Shown here piece after piece: positions 38,431 through 47,694 of a stretch of DNA of 64,000 bases. The stretch lies in sequence record MT533174.1. The stretch is one strand, 5' to 3'. The stretch's first letter is position 1; the number at the start of each line of letters is the position of its first letter. This stretch comes from Escherichia phage CJ20. A program made the position numbers and the translations under genes. Below the pieces are notes generated by a model that had not been told where the DNA came from, ran no database searches, and saw only the letters and a program-made list of their open reading frames with translations.

Positions 38431-38906
38431 TTGTTAACTATATTAAGGGCGATATAGTCGCCCTCTTTCTCGAAGGAAACATCATAGCTCATGGCTGTAA
38501 TTGTTTCCATACAATGGGTTCAGGTGTCGCTGGCCAACTGACAAAGGCTTACCCAAAAATTTTAGAAATGGATAAGACATCAACTGAATACGGTTCCCGA
38601 GAAAAACTCGGTGATATGTCTATCGTTTTTAAACATAAGCCAACTGGATTTGGTATGTGCTATAACCTTTATACCCAGTATGAACCGGGTCCAAATCTGG
38701 ATTATGGCGCTTTAGTAAATTGCATGATAGAATTAAATCTACAAGCAGAATCACTTTTGTTCAAGCCTGTGATTTATATTCCCAGGATTGGATGTGGTAT
38801 TGCAGGTGGTGATTGGGATAAGGTTTCCCGGTTAATTGATATGTTTACTCCTGATATTGATTTGGTGGTAGTTGATTATGAAAGCACATTATCCACATCC
38901 GTTTGA
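38427..38906 (+). CDS. putative macro-domain (ADP-ribose binding/processing) protein
   Basis: 159 aa; N-terminal IKGDIVAL...IIAHGCNCFHTMGSGVAGQL fits the macro-domain GDIT...AIVNAAN...GGGVxGAI pattern. Confidence 0.5.
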   Translation: MIVNYIKGDIVALFLEGNIIAHGCNCFHTMGSGVAGQLTKAYPKILEMDKTSTEYGSREKLGDMSIVFKHKPTGFGMCYNLYTQYEPGPNLDYGALVNCMIELNLQAESLLFKPVIYIPRIGCGIAGGDWDKVSRLIDMFTPDIDLVVVDYESTLSTSV

Positions 38907-39090
38907 CCCTAAAAACAAAGCTACAATTATTCGACACTGGTCCGAAACACGGGTAACCAAGTGTCCTATAAAAAGTCCTCACAATGTAGATAAGTGGTAT
39001 ATCGGCGAGTATGTTGAATATACTTTTATTGACAAAAACAAACGTAAACAGTATGTAGAAGAATACTGCTTAAAGGTACAATGGTTATGA
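38878..39090 (+). CDS. hypothetical protein
   Basis: 70 aa from the ATG at 38878. Confidence 0.45.
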   Translation: MKAHYPHPFDPKNKATIIRHWSETRVTKCPIKSPHNVDKWYIGEYVEYTFIDKNKRKQYVEEYCLKVQWL

Positions 39091-39293
39091 GCCAAGCCCG
39101 AATTCTTAAAACGGCCAAATGTGAAAAATGTGAATGGCCAGTAATCGCAGCTTTATGCAACGATGAAATGAATTGCGAATTTGATTACCGGTGGTACTGT
39201 TCTAATAAAGGATGTTCTAATCATAAGGGTGAAGGTTTTCATTCTGGCGATTGCGAACATCCTAAATTTGTGCGATATGGGGAACCGAAATGA
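39081..39293 (+). CDS. Cys-rich small protein (possible zinc binding)
   Basis: 70 aa with 9 Cys including C-x2-C pairs. Confidence 0.5.
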   Translation: MVMSQARILKTAKCEKCEWPVIAALCNDEMNCEFDYRWYCSNKGCSNHKGEGFHSGDCEHPKFVRYGEPK

Positions 39294-39475
39294 GTTTAAG
39301 CATTAGTCAGAAAAGTAGATTATTTGAGCTTATCCATGAGCTTTTGGATGAGCATACAGAAGCAAACGCTTTTTATGATGAATACGGTCCAATAGATGCC
39401 GAACATCAGGAAGAATTTGCCAATCGATTTGATGCGAAAGAAAACGAATTAATAGCTTATGTGAATACGCTTTAA
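39290..39475 (+). CDS. hypothetical protein
   Basis: 61-aa ORF. Confidence 0.45.
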   Translation: MSLSISQKSRLFELIHELLDEHTEANAFYDEYGPIDAEHQEEFANRFDAKENELIAYVNTL

Positions 39476-39484
39476 GAAGGTGAT

Positions 39485-40057
39485 ATGGCGAGTTTAATTT
39501 ATCATTACGCAGCAATGAATGCAGGCAAAACAGCTTCATTGCTGACTGCAGCTTATTCCTATAAAGAGCGTGGAATGAGTGTGCTTTTGCTAAAACCTGT
39601 TATTGATAATCGGGACTCGGAAGGCGAAATTAAATCACGCATCGGTATTAGCCAGGAAGCAAACCTGGTAACGGCCGACATGAACCTGTTTGAATTCTAT
39701 AAATGGGCCGAGTCTCAAAAGGATATCCATTGTGTCCTGGTCGATGAAGCTCAATTTTTGTTACCAGAGCAAATTGACCAGTTAGCTCAAGTGGTTGATA
39801 ATTACAATATCCCCGTTATGTGTTACGGGTTAAGAACAGATTTTCGGGGTCAATTATTTCCCGGTTCGGCCAGACTTCTGGCTATTTCGGATAAACTGGT
39901 TGAATTAAAGGGCGTCTGTCATTGCGGCCGGAAAGCAACCATGACCGCTCGAGTAATCGACGGTGCTGCTGTAAAGGACGGCGAGCAAGTGTTAGTCGGT
40001 GGGAATGAATCGTACGTATCTTTATGCAGGAAACATTGGCTCGAATTGACAAGCTGA
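39485..40057 (+). CDS. tk: thymidine kinase
   Basis: 190 aa; close match to T4 Tk (MASLIYHYAAMNAGKTASLL, KERGMSVLLLKP, DIHCVLVDEAQF, YGLRTDF, CHCGRKATMTAR, YVSLCRKHW). Confidence 0.95.
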   Translation: MASLIYHYAAMNAGKTASLLTAAYSYKERGMSVLLLKPVIDNRDSEGEIKSRIGISQEANLVTADMNLFEFYKWAESQKDIHCVLVDEAQFLLPEQIDQLAQVVDNYNIPVMCYGLRTDFRGQLFPGSARLLAISDKLVELKGVCHCGRKATMTARVIDGAAVKDGEQVLVGGNESYVSLCRKHWLELTS

Positions 40058-40064
40058 GGTTCGC

Positions 40065-40340
40065 ATGGTATACAAGGTTTGGACGTATATCTCTATTTTT
40101 GTTATTGCTGGAATTGCATTTATCCCCACACAAACAGATAGCGAGAGATATGAAAGGGAAATTGAAATAGTAGCAAGCACGTACCATTCTGTTAATAAAG
40201 AATGCCCGAATAAAAATGGAATAAATTTACAAAAATCACATTATATGCTGACTGTTACTAGTCCAGTGCAAAGAATATGGGTTGATAGACATTTTTCTGA
40301 TTTATTTGCAATGTATTGTTTCAAATTTAAAAGATTATAA
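40065..40340 (+). CDS. small membrane protein (rI.1 position)
   Basis: 91 aa; N-terminal transmembrane helix. Confidence 0.5.
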   Translation: MVYKVWTYISIFVIAGIAFIPTQTDSERYEREIEIVASTYHSVNKECPNKNGINLQKSHYMLTVTSPVQRIWVDRHFSDLFAMYCFKFKRL

Positions 40341-40414
40341 ATACAGTTACTAACTAGTATTCCGCTATGTTAAGGCTGCAAAGCGTAATCATGACCAACA
40401 ATAAGGAGTCCTTT

Positions 40415-40711
40415 ATGGACCTTATTCGAGGACTTTCTCTAAGTCTATTACTAATGGGCTGTTTGGGCCCAAACATGTCCTCTGCTACAGATGGTAAATT
40501 TACCCAGTATGCAGATAGTGCGATGCAAATCTATTCGCAATTCAAAGAACCTAGCGTCGCGCAGTCCGAACAATTTTGGGCTTTTATTAAAACTGAATGG
40601 AACAATAAGAGTCAATGTGTAAATGAAATCACATGTCAAATTGATGGCCGGGCTGCTGCAGTCGAATACGCTAAATTAATGAAGGTAAAATTGGAAGATG
40701 AAATTCGATGA
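40415..40711 (+). CDS. rI: lysis inhibition regulator RI (antiholin)
   Basis: 98 aa from the ATG after AAGGAG; signal-anchor N-terminus; SEQFWAFIKTEW and AKLMKVKLEDE match T4 RI motifs SEQFYSFMRTTY and ARIMNIKLETE; adjacent to tk as in T4. Confidence 0.75.
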   Translation: MDLIRGLSLSLLLMGCLGPNMSSATDGKFTQYADSAMQIYSQFKEPSVAQSEQFWAFIKTEWNNKSQCVNEITCQIDGRAAAVEYAKLMKVKLEDEIR

Positions 40712-41081
40712 TTTCGTAACAGGTCGTGGGTCTGAGGTGGATTCATACATTGGGTGGCTATTAGTCTCTTTGGCTTATTTTAAATCCGCCCATCTTGAAA
40801 CCAAAAGTTACGCCCGCCATAAAGCTTATGATTTCTACTTCACAGAAATCCAAGGTCCACTCGACCAGTTCAGTGAGCAATGGTTAGGTTACAGCGGGAA
40901 ACAATACAAAGCTGCATTACCGTCCGCCTCGGACTTGCCGAAAGATACAATTTTGTTTTTAGATGAAATGATTAAAAGCTCGGAAAGAGTCTATAAAGTT
41001 GTACCCAAGGCTATTCAATCGACTCTGGACGATATCGTTGGAGTTTTCTTTCAGACTAAGTATCTGTTAACATTAGAGTAA
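40698..41081 (+). CDS. hypothetical protein (rI.-1 position)
   Basis: 127-aa ORF. Confidence 0.5.
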   Translation: MKFDDFVTGRGSEVDSYIGWLLVSLAYFKSAHLETKSYARHKAYDFYFTEIQGPLDQFSEQWLGYSGKQYKAALPSASDLPKDTILFLDEMIKSSERVYKVVPKAIQSTLDDIVGVFFQTKYLLTLE

Positions 41082-41086
41082 TTCAA

Positions 41087-41114
41087 AAGGTCTGCCTTCG
41101 GGTGGACCTTTTTT
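41087..41114 (+). terminator. rho-independent terminator with UUCG loop
   Basis: GGTCTGCC-TTCG-GGTGGACC followed by TTTTTT. Confidence 0.65.
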
Positions 41115-41181
41115 CATTTAGGGGTTTACATCCTCATCAAAAGGGTGTACTATTATCCCATCAACTACTGAGGAGAACACA

Positions 41182-41385
41182 ATGAGAATTAAAAATATCA
41201 AGATTGATGCAGTTAATACTGGTGATGAGGTTGTTATCTATCTTAATGATTATGCAATCTTTATGGACAGTGCCACTGATGAAGAAGTGGTTGAACTCTT
41301 ACAGAAAGCTCCATTTGAACTGTGTGAAGAAGATGCTACCCATCTTTCATCAGCAATTTTCTCATTATCATATGTGGTGGAATAA
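41182..41385 (+). CDS. hypothetical acidic protein
   Basis: 67-aa ORF after the leader ACTACTGAGGAGAACACAATG. Confidence 0.5.
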   Translation: MRIKNIKIDAVNTGDEVVIYLNDYAIFMDSATDEEVVELLQKAPFELCEEDATHLSSAIFSLSYVVE

Positions 41386-41621
41386 TGAAACTTACAAATA
41401 CCATGGTTTCATTGGAATATGAAACCAATAATCATATTCTTGAAATTAAGATATTTGATGACAGAAGTATATTTGCTGATTACAGGGGATACAGAATCCG
41501 CCTGGAAAAGGAACAGCTTAAAGATGTTGAGCTTTTTAAAGAAACATTAAAAAGTTGTGGGTGTAAACTGAAAAATACTCAAGTCCAAGAATTAATTTCT
41601 ACCATCAACAAATACTGGTGA
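41385..41621 (+). CDS. hypothetical protein
   Basis: 78-aa ORF. Confidence 0.5.
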   Translation: MKLTNTMVSLEYETNNHILEIKIFDDRSIFADYRGYRIRLEKEQLKDVELFKETLKSCGCKLKNTQVQELISTINKYW

Positions 41622-41625
41622 TATT

Positions 41626-41808
41626 ATGTTAACTACTGAACAAATTGAAAAAATTATTAAACTCGCCTGGCATATTGAAAATGCATCTAATGACCTGGCA
41701 GTGGAATTATGTGAAGGCTATTCATATTCTGGAATAGAACAGTGTAAGCGTGATTTGAATAGTTCTAAAGCTAATTTGGTTGAGTATCTGAATGAGTTGA
41801 AAGAATAA
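41626..41808 (+). CDS. hypothetical protein
   Basis: 60-aa ORF. Confidence 0.45.
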   Translation: MLTTEQIEKIIKLAWHIENASNDLAVELCEGYSYSGIEQCKRDLNSSKANLVEYLNELKE

Positions 41809-42065
41809 TGGCTGTTGGATTTGCAAAAGATGGTGCTGAACAGTTAGAGATGGAAGCGGTTGTCCAAGCCGCTATCACCCATGCGAGAGCACAAGTTGCA
41901 GTTGAAAGGGAGTCTGCTGAATTCTGTTTTGACTGCGACGAAAAAATTCCTGAAGCGCGGAGACAAGCGATTAAAGGTGTGATATATTGTGTTGGTTGTC
42001 AATCAATGCATGATGAAATTTTTAAACGTGAGCCACGAAACTGTTGGCACAGGAGCATGAGATGA
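41808..42065 (+). CDS. DksA/TraR-type C4 zinc-finger protein
   Basis: 85 aa; CFDC then 17 residues then CVGC, matching the TraR/DksA zinc-finger spacing, preceded by a helical N-terminus. Confidence 0.55.
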   Translation: MAVGFAKDGAEQLEMEAVVQAAITHARAQVAVERESAEFCFDCDEKIPEARRQAIKGVIYCVGCQSMHDEIFKREPRNCWHRSMR

Positions 42066-42156
42066 TTTACTATCTTGAACCTTGGGCTTGGTTAACAATG
42101 GCTATAGGGCCTGTTTTAATTGGTTTATTCTTTTCATGGTTAGCGAGGAAACTGTA

Positions 42157-42372
42157 ATGTTGTATGACCCAAGTGGTAATTCTGAAAATGGTGTGATTGT
42201 TCTGGAACCTGAGCATCCAGTTGGTGACGTATACCGCCCAGTTGAAGTGTGCGAATGTAATTTTGTTAAAGGTAATACTGGTGGGATTTCCATTGAGCAA
42301 GATGATGATGTTATTTACCTGGATGCAAGCCAAGTAGAAGCGCTTTATAGTATTTTAAAACATAACCGTTGA
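42157..42372 (+). CDS. hypothetical protein
   Basis: 71 aa from the ATG after GAGGAA. Confidence 0.45.
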   Translation: MLYDPSGNSENGVIVLEPEHPVGDVYRPVEVCECNFVKGNTGGISIEQDDDVIYLDASQVEALYSILKHNR

Positions 42373-42382
42373 GGAACAGAAA

Positions 42383-42943
42383 ATGATTATTGAAACAACT
42401 GAATTGTTTGGCGAACTGACCGCTGAAGTAGTTAATAACGCAATTGAGCTTTGTCAAGAAGACGATAAAATCGTACTGACTATCGCTGATATTAAACCGC
42501 TTTATGATTTAATGGTTTTGGATAAAGATGAATATCTTAACGGTAGTTTTAGTGGTGTATTTGATATTAACGATGATGTATGCGCTCGCATTTATAAGCA
42601 CGACGCTGGGTTTAATATTGAAACAGATGAAAAATGTCTGAGCATCAGCGATTCTGATAAATTCTTTGATTGTATTTTCAAACTGTTCCAGGAAGAATGC
42701 AAGCCAGAAGTTGAATGGAAAGTCCCTGGTCAAGACGCACTGATTCGCTCTAGCGAAACGTTTGAAGGCGATGAAGAGGAATTAGATTATAATACTGAAC
42801 TGACTGTGCATCAACATAACGGCCGTGACTTGTTGTCCATTGTCCAAAGACATGACGGTGAAAGTGAAGTGGTATTTACTAAGGACGAGCTAAAAGTTTT
42901 AGTCTCTTATCTGAACTCTGTTATCCCAACTATGAACTCTTAA
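42383..42943 (+). CDS. hypothetical acidic protein
   Basis: 186-aa ORF. Confidence 0.55.
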   Translation: MIIETTELFGELTAEVVNNAIELCQEDDKIVLTIADIKPLYDLMVLDKDEYLNGSFSGVFDINDDVCARIYKHDAGFNIETDEKCLSISDSDKFFDCIFKLFQEECKPEVEWKVPGQDALIRSSETFEGDEEELDYNTELTVHQHNGRDLLSIVQRHDGESEVVFTKDELKVLVSYLNSVIPTMNS

Positions 42944-42953
42944 GGAAAATATT

Positions 42954-43406
42954 ATGATTATCAATTCAAACTCTTGGCACGTTAAATTACATGACCGTTT
43001 TTATGACCGTCATTCTCGACCACACTCTCTGTGCGCTTATTTCTGGAAAATGGTTTGGGCTTGTTTCGTTTGTGCTATTGTTGCAGGTGGTACGCTTTTT
43101 GGATTAACTGTTGCAGGAGCTAGTGTATTAGAGCATTTCTTTGTATTAAGTACTCCTGTTCTGTTGAGTCTCGGGTTTGTTTTAGGGTTGGTTGCAATAG
43201 CTCTTATTATTGCGATATCCATTGGTTTGGCCTTCGGTGCGATGAATTTACACGCGTGGTATGATTTACATAAAGAAGAAAAGGAATGGCAACGTATTAA
43301 AGCCAAACGTGAAGGAAAGGAAATTAAAGAAAACATCGTTATCCAATACATTAAAGCTCGTAAATCTAAGATGTGTCCGGTAATCCATTTTGAGGCGAAG
43401 AAATGA
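42954..43406 (+). CDS. integral membrane protein
   Basis: 150 aa; three or four hydrophobic helices; 4-nt overlap with the downstream ORF. Confidence 0.55.
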   Translation: MIINSNSWHVKLHDRFYDRHSRPHSLCAYFWKMVWACFVCAIVAGGTLFGLTVAGASVLEHFFVLSTPVLLSLGFVLGLVAIALIIAISIGLAFGAMNLHAWYDLHKEEKEWQRIKAKREGKEIKENIVIQYIKARKSKMCPVIHFEAKK

Positions 43407-44413
43407 GAACAGTTATGAAAGGCTACTTCGGTAGCCATCTTTATGGAACAAGTACTCCGGAATCTGATGTCGATTTTAAAGAAATCTTTGTTCCTCATCC
43501 GCGAGATATCCTGCTCGGGACCGCGATGAACCATACCAACCTGAACACGAATAACACGGCTACCAAAAATACAAAAGATGATGTTGACCATGAACTTTAT
43601 AGTCTGAAATATTTCTTTAAACTGGCAGCCGAAGGCGAAACCGTTGCTCTGGACATGATTCACACACCGGCTGACCTGGTTGTCAAATCCGATTTACCAG
43701 ATGTATGGAAGTTTATCCAGGATAACCGTTCACGGTTCTATACAACTAACATGAAAGCCTATTTGGGGTATGTCCGTAAGCAAGCTTCTAAGTATGGTGT
43801 TAAAGGTTCTCGATTGGCTGCACTGCGTGGTGTACTGGCAATTGTTAACCAGATTCCTGAACAGTGGGTCGATTATCAAGAAGATGGTTCTACTAAGCAA
43901 CGACGTACTAAGGTAGAAGATATCAAACACCGGCTCCCTGAAAACGAGTTCTGTGAATGGGTATTTCATAACCATGAGAAAACAGGTCCTCAAACATTCT
44001 ATACTGTTCTCGGTCGTAAATACCAAACTACCCTGTCTTTAATCGAGCTCAAGCAGTCTCTGAATAAACTTGATGCCGAATATGGTGAACGTGCTCGTAA
44101 GGCTGAAGCCAATGAAGGTATTGACTGGAAAGCTCTGAGTCATGCTTATCGTGCCGGATACCAGTTGAAGGAAATCTATCAAACTGGTGACCTCCAATAT
44201 CCTTTACGTACAGCACCGTTTATCCTTGAAATCAAACAAGGGCTTCATGCTTTTAAAGATGTACAGGCCGAACTTGAAGCTATCGTTGATGAAGTCGAAA
44301 CTAATGCCATCTGGGCCGCTAAGAATGGTATGCCTGAGAAGGTAGACATGAAGTTCTGGGACAAGTTCGTTGAAGAGGTATACCTTGACAACCACAATTC
44401 CTATTATCGTTAA
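43403..44413 (+). CDS. putative nucleotidyltransferase-fold protein
   Basis: 336 aa; N-terminal GSHLYGTSTPESDVDF matches the Pol-beta-superfamily G[GS]...D-x-D motif. Confidence 0.55.
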   Translation: MRTVMKGYFGSHLYGTSTPESDVDFKEIFVPHPRDILLGTAMNHTNLNTNNTATKNTKDDVDHELYSLKYFFKLAAEGETVALDMIHTPADLVVKSDLPDVWKFIQDNRSRFYTTNMKAYLGYVRKQASKYGVKGSRLAALRGVLAIVNQIPEQWVDYQEDGSTKQRRTKVEDIKHRLPENEFCEWVFHNHEKTGPQTFYTVLGRKYQTTLSLIELKQSLNKLDAEYGERARKAEANEGIDWKALSHAYRAGYQLKEIYQTGDLQYPLRTAPFILEIKQGLHAFKDVQAELEAIVDEVETNAIWAAKNGMPEKVDMKFWDKFVEEVYLDNHNSYYR

Positions 44414-44418
44414 ATTCT

Positions 44419-44445
44419 AAGGACCCTTCGGGGTCCTTTTTTATT
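44419..44445 (+). terminator. rho-independent terminator with UUCG loop
   Basis: GGACCC-TTCG-GGGTCC followed by TTTTTT. Confidence 0.7.
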
Positions 44446-44457
44446 TTAAAAAAAGTA

Positions 44458-44487
44458 GTGTACAACCAGATGGTCATGAGGCATAAT
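44458..44487 (+). promoter_or_regulatory. early-promoter-like element (GTGTAC, 18 bp, CATAAT) with conserved leader
   Basis: AAAGTAGTGTACA...GCATAATGATTCCATACTGAGTTA, the same cassette as at 24036. Confidence 0.45.
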
Positions 44488-44526
44488 GATTCCATACTGA
44501 GTTACCAAATAAAAACGGAGAATAAA

Positions 44527-44733
44527 ATGTTAGAATTAATCAAAGCTGCTGGTGAAAAAGGTCTGATGGTTAACACTCGTGACCCTGAACAACGTCAAGC
44601 ATTTGGCGAGTTAAAAGCCAAAGGTCTGGTTAAAGCATCCCTTGGTATTGGTAATGCTTTGCGTGTGACTTTGACCCCTGCAGGTAAAGCAATGTTCTTC
44701 CCTAAACCATTACCAAAACGTCGTCGCAAGTGA
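44527..44733 (+). CDS. hypothetical basic protein
   Basis: 68 aa from the ATG after the conserved leader. Confidence 0.5.
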   Translation: MLELIKAAGEKGLMVNTRDPEQRQAFGELKAKGLVKASLGIGNALRVTLTPAGKAMFFPKPLPKRRRK

Positions 44734-44739
44734 GGAATT

Positions 44740-45042
44740 ATGAAAAAGTATGAACTTGACATGATTGAGGCATGTCTGAAATCTGCTGACCATTTTAAGT
44801 TGAAAATGCACAAGTTAAGAGGAATGGTCAAAACTCCAGAAGAGAAGAAGCGATACGCTCTAAAGGAGAAATGTAAAGCTCTTATCATGATGGATAAGCT
44901 GCAAATGGTCGCCGCAGAAGCCCACAGGACGCGTAAAGCTGAGGCCCTTGGTGTTTATATGGCAGAGCAGCTCCATCGCGCACAGCAAGCCGTTAAGAGC
45001 GTCTGGTTCAGCGGTGAAAATACTGAAAGAACTTTTAATTAA
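44740..45042 (+). CDS. hypothetical protein
   Basis: 100-aa ORF. Confidence 0.5.
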   Translation: MKKYELDMIEACLKSADHFKLKMHKLRGMVKTPEEKKRYALKEKCKALIMMDKLQMVAAEAHRTRKAEALGVYMAEQLHRAQQAVKSVWFSGENTERTFN

Positions 45043-45045
45043 ATG

Positions 45046-45075
45046 TTGTACATAGTATGGGGATAGACGTATAAT
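45046..45075 (+). promoter_or_regulatory. early-promoter-like element (TTGTAC, 18 bp, TATAAT) with conserved leader
   Basis: Followed by GTTCCCATACTGAGTTACC...GGAGAATAAAATG. Confidence 0.45.
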
Positions 45076-45111
45076 GTTCCCATACTGAGTTACCAAATAC
45101 TGGAGAATAAA

Positions 45112-45636
45112 ATGGACGCAAAATCAATCTTTAATCTGATTAATTACAATAATGGTAATTTTAAATCAGAAGCACAAAGTAAGTTCTTTAATGATGTTGC
45201 TTGTGCGGGTGAGATTACAGTATCAGGTGGTCAAACTTATAAAAACGCCTGGAACTGGATTGTGACTGTTGATTCAGTTGGTATTGTTGATGTGTATAAA
45301 AACACCAACAAAAACCGCTCTTTGTTCTGGTCAAGAGAGACTAATGCAGAATATCAAGCGGCAAGAGCGAAGAAAAATATGCCTACTGAATCTGATGTAC
45401 AAAACATCAAATCAGATATCCAATATTATGATGGTCTGATTGCTGAACAACAAGCGGTGCTTGATAAGTTCAATGAAATCAAGGCGTGTAAAGAGATTCC
45501 TGAATTCATGAGGGAATCAGTTAATGAACAATACAATCTCACTTCAGAGCGTATTGAAACCTATACCAAACAAAGAGCAGAGCGCCAGGTACTCCTTCAG
45601 AAGTTTGAAGAGCGTTTAAAGACGGTTCTCGCATAA
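45112..45636 (+). CDS. hypothetical protein
   Basis: 174-aa ORF. Confidence 0.55.
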   Translation: MDAKSIFNLINYNNGNFKSEAQSKFFNDVACAGEITVSGGQTYKNAWNWIVTVDSVGIVDVYKNTNKNRSLFWSRETNAEYQAARAKKNMPTESDVQNIKSDIQYYDGLIAEQQAVLDKFNEIKACKEIPEFMRESVNEQYNLTSERIETYTKQRAERQVLLQKFEERLKTVLA

Positions 45637-45637
45637 A

Positions 45638-45662
45638 CGCTTTATACCAAGGATGGTATAAT
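45638..45662 (+). promoter_or_regulatory. middle-promoter-like element (MotA-box variant CGCTTTA, 12 bp, TATAAT)
   Basis: Spacing fits T4 MotA-dependent middle promoters. Confidence 0.4.
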
Positions 45663-45699
45663 GGTTCTGACCTTTGATTAATCTATTGAGGAAATTATT

Positions 45700-46545
45700 A
45701 TGTCGCAAGCAATTAATGAAATTCGTTCTGAAGTTAAAAAAGTTGTTAAATTTAACAGCATTCCAAGCACTAAAGATGTGGTTTTAAAGGTTCTATATAT
45801 GATGTGGGATAAGTTCAATGTTTGTACTAATTCTGCTGAATTCACTAAAATCTTTGAAAAGACCAAAGGCCTTCTTACATTAGAAGACCGAGTCATGAAA
45901 TCTCTTCATCGTTCAGGTATGTTGTCTCGTGCTAATGCTAAAATTCTACTTAAAAATTATAACAAAGGCTATGACCTTTATGGTCGTGCGATTAGCACCA
46001 TGACGTTTGATGAAGTGGTTAAAGACCTTTGGAAGAACCAACGACGTTTACTGGCTCTTGGTGCTCGTTTGGCAAGCGGTCAAGATAAACAAATGACCTT
46101 TAAAACCAATAATTCTTTAGATTATAAACTATTTAATGTTATTAAAGGTCAAAATGAAGGCGAATACAGTATTTCTTCTTTTAGTGGATGTCAATACGAA
46201 AACTGGAAATTCCACCTCCGTTTGGCTTTGTCTGAACTCGAACATCATGGGGTTCTTACCTTTTATGATGTTAAAACTGGAGGCGTCCAGCGTATTAAAC
46301 TATGTCAAATTAAAGACCGAGTTGAAGTCAGTCCTTCAGAACAAGCTCCTAAAATGGAACAGGTTCCAGTGCGAAGCAATGAAAAATATTCAGAGCAAAT
46401 TGAGCTTTTCACTAAACAGATTGAAGAACTTAACATCACCATCCAGCAGCAAGATGATGAAATTTTCCGCCTGACAGGATTGAACAGTGCAGCGAAAGCT
46501 GAACGTCAGAAACTGATGAACGTTATTGAATTGCTTAAGGATTAA
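45700..46545 (+). CDS. hypothetical 281-aa protein with C-terminal coiled coil
   Basis: Long ORF; no recognised domain. Confidence 0.6.
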   Translation: MSQAINEIRSEVKKVVKFNSIPSTKDVVLKVLYMMWDKFNVCTNSAEFTKIFEKTKGLLTLEDRVMKSLHRSGMLSRANAKILLKNYNKGYDLYGRAISTMTFDEVVKDLWKNQRRLLALGARLASGQDKQMTFKTNNSLDYKLFNVIKGQNEGEYSISSFSGCQYENWKFHLRLALSELEHHGVLTFYDVKTGGVQRIKLCQIKDRVEVSPSEQAPKMEQVPVRSNEKYSEQIELFTKQIEELNITIQQQDDEIFRLTGLNSAAKAERQKLMNVIELLKD

Positions 46546-46546
46546 T

Positions 46547-46762
46547 ATGACCATTTTTATTATCAGTATTATTTTTGGTTATCTTTTGACGGGATTTATT
46601 ACTACCCTATTGCTCCACAAGTTTGATAGTCCCTACGAAAGTGGGGACGAGTATGATGCAGTGTTCACTACATTTGCATGGCCTTTGTTTTGGATAATCG
46701 CTGTTATAATGTTTGTGACCTGGCCTTTTGCTAAACTCTATGAAAAATTATTTGGATTATGA
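46547..46762 (+). CDS. small membrane protein
   Basis: 71 aa; two hydrophobic helices; start overlaps the upstream stop. Confidence 0.5.
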   Translation: MTIFIISIIFGYLLTGFITTLLLHKFDSPYESGDEYDAVFTTFAWPLFWIIAVIMFVTWPFAKLYEKLFGL

Positions 46763-46763
46763 T

Positions 46764-47663
46764 ATGAAAATTAAAACTCGTGCTGAATATGCTAGTAGTT
46801 ATGAACCACATGACGGTCGTGTGACTCGTCTTATCGCAATGAATTCTTTGGTTAACTTTGGCAAAATTAAATCAGGTTCTGCCACCCAGGGGTATGGACA
46901 ACGTATTGTAAAGATTGATTCTTTGAATGATTACTGCCGCCGCCCGGCGTTTTTGTTTGGTGCCACGGTTCGTAAGAGTATCAAGGAAATTCTGGCCGGT
47001 GGATTTCGTATTCGCAAAGCTCCGGTTAACATCAAGAACTATAATTTTAACTCTGACAACTTGATTATCAATATCAAGAATGATGGTATACAGATTAAGT
47101 TCAAACCAACCACCAAGGGCGATGTTGCTCTTTGCCATAACTTTAAAGAGGTTATGGGTATTGCACTGTTTTATATGCGTCATGCTGTTGAATCTTACAC
47201 GTTTGATGAAGATACAAATTATATCCACCAAACGGAAAAATTCCTCAAAACTATAGTCATTGATATTAAATTAACTAAAGAATATCTTTTGTCTTATGCT
47301 CCTTATCAAGAGAAAAATGAACCAGAAGAGGAAAAGGAACCAGAAATGGAACGTATCCCTACCGCATCATATGGCCCAGCATTTGCAGGTCAATTTAAAT
47401 CTTATGACCAGACTAAAATTTCACCACATGACGTTAAAAATATGTACAAATGGAACGTCCAGCCAAACAGCTCTCTTGAAATCTTTAACCCACCAATGAA
47501 GCCTATTGAGAGCTATCATGCTGATGCTATCCGGGAATCAGTTAACCGCTTAAATGGTCTGATTGAAGATGAGAAAAAGGGTATCCAGGATGTTCTGAAT
47601 CGCATCAAGAATATGGAAAAACAACGCAATAAATTGCAAGCTGCAATCAAAGCATTAAAATAA
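46764..47663 (+). CDS. hypothetical 299-aa protein with C-terminal coiled coil
   Basis: Long ORF from the ATG at 46764. Confidence 0.6.
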   Translation: MKIKTRAEYASSYEPHDGRVTRLIAMNSLVNFGKIKSGSATQGYGQRIVKIDSLNDYCRRPAFLFGATVRKSIKEILAGGFRIRKAPVNIKNYNFNSDNLIINIKNDGIQIKFKPTTKGDVALCHNFKEVMGIALFYMRHAVESYTFDEDTNYIHQTEKFLKTIVIDIKLTKEYLLSYAPYQEKNEPEEEKEPEMERIPTASYGPAFAGQFKSYDQTKISPHDVKNMYKWNVQPNSSLEIFNPPMKPIESYHADAIRESVNRLNGLIEDEKKGIQDVLNRIKNMEKQRNKLQAAIKALK

Positions 47664-47664
47664 T

Positions 47665-47694
47665 GTTTACTTCCAAGGATGGAGGGAGTATAAT
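47665..47694 (+). promoter_or_regulatory. early promoter (GTTTAC, 18 bp, TATAAT)
   Basis: Followed by the leader ...TTTATGAGGAGAACACTATG. Confidence 0.5.
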
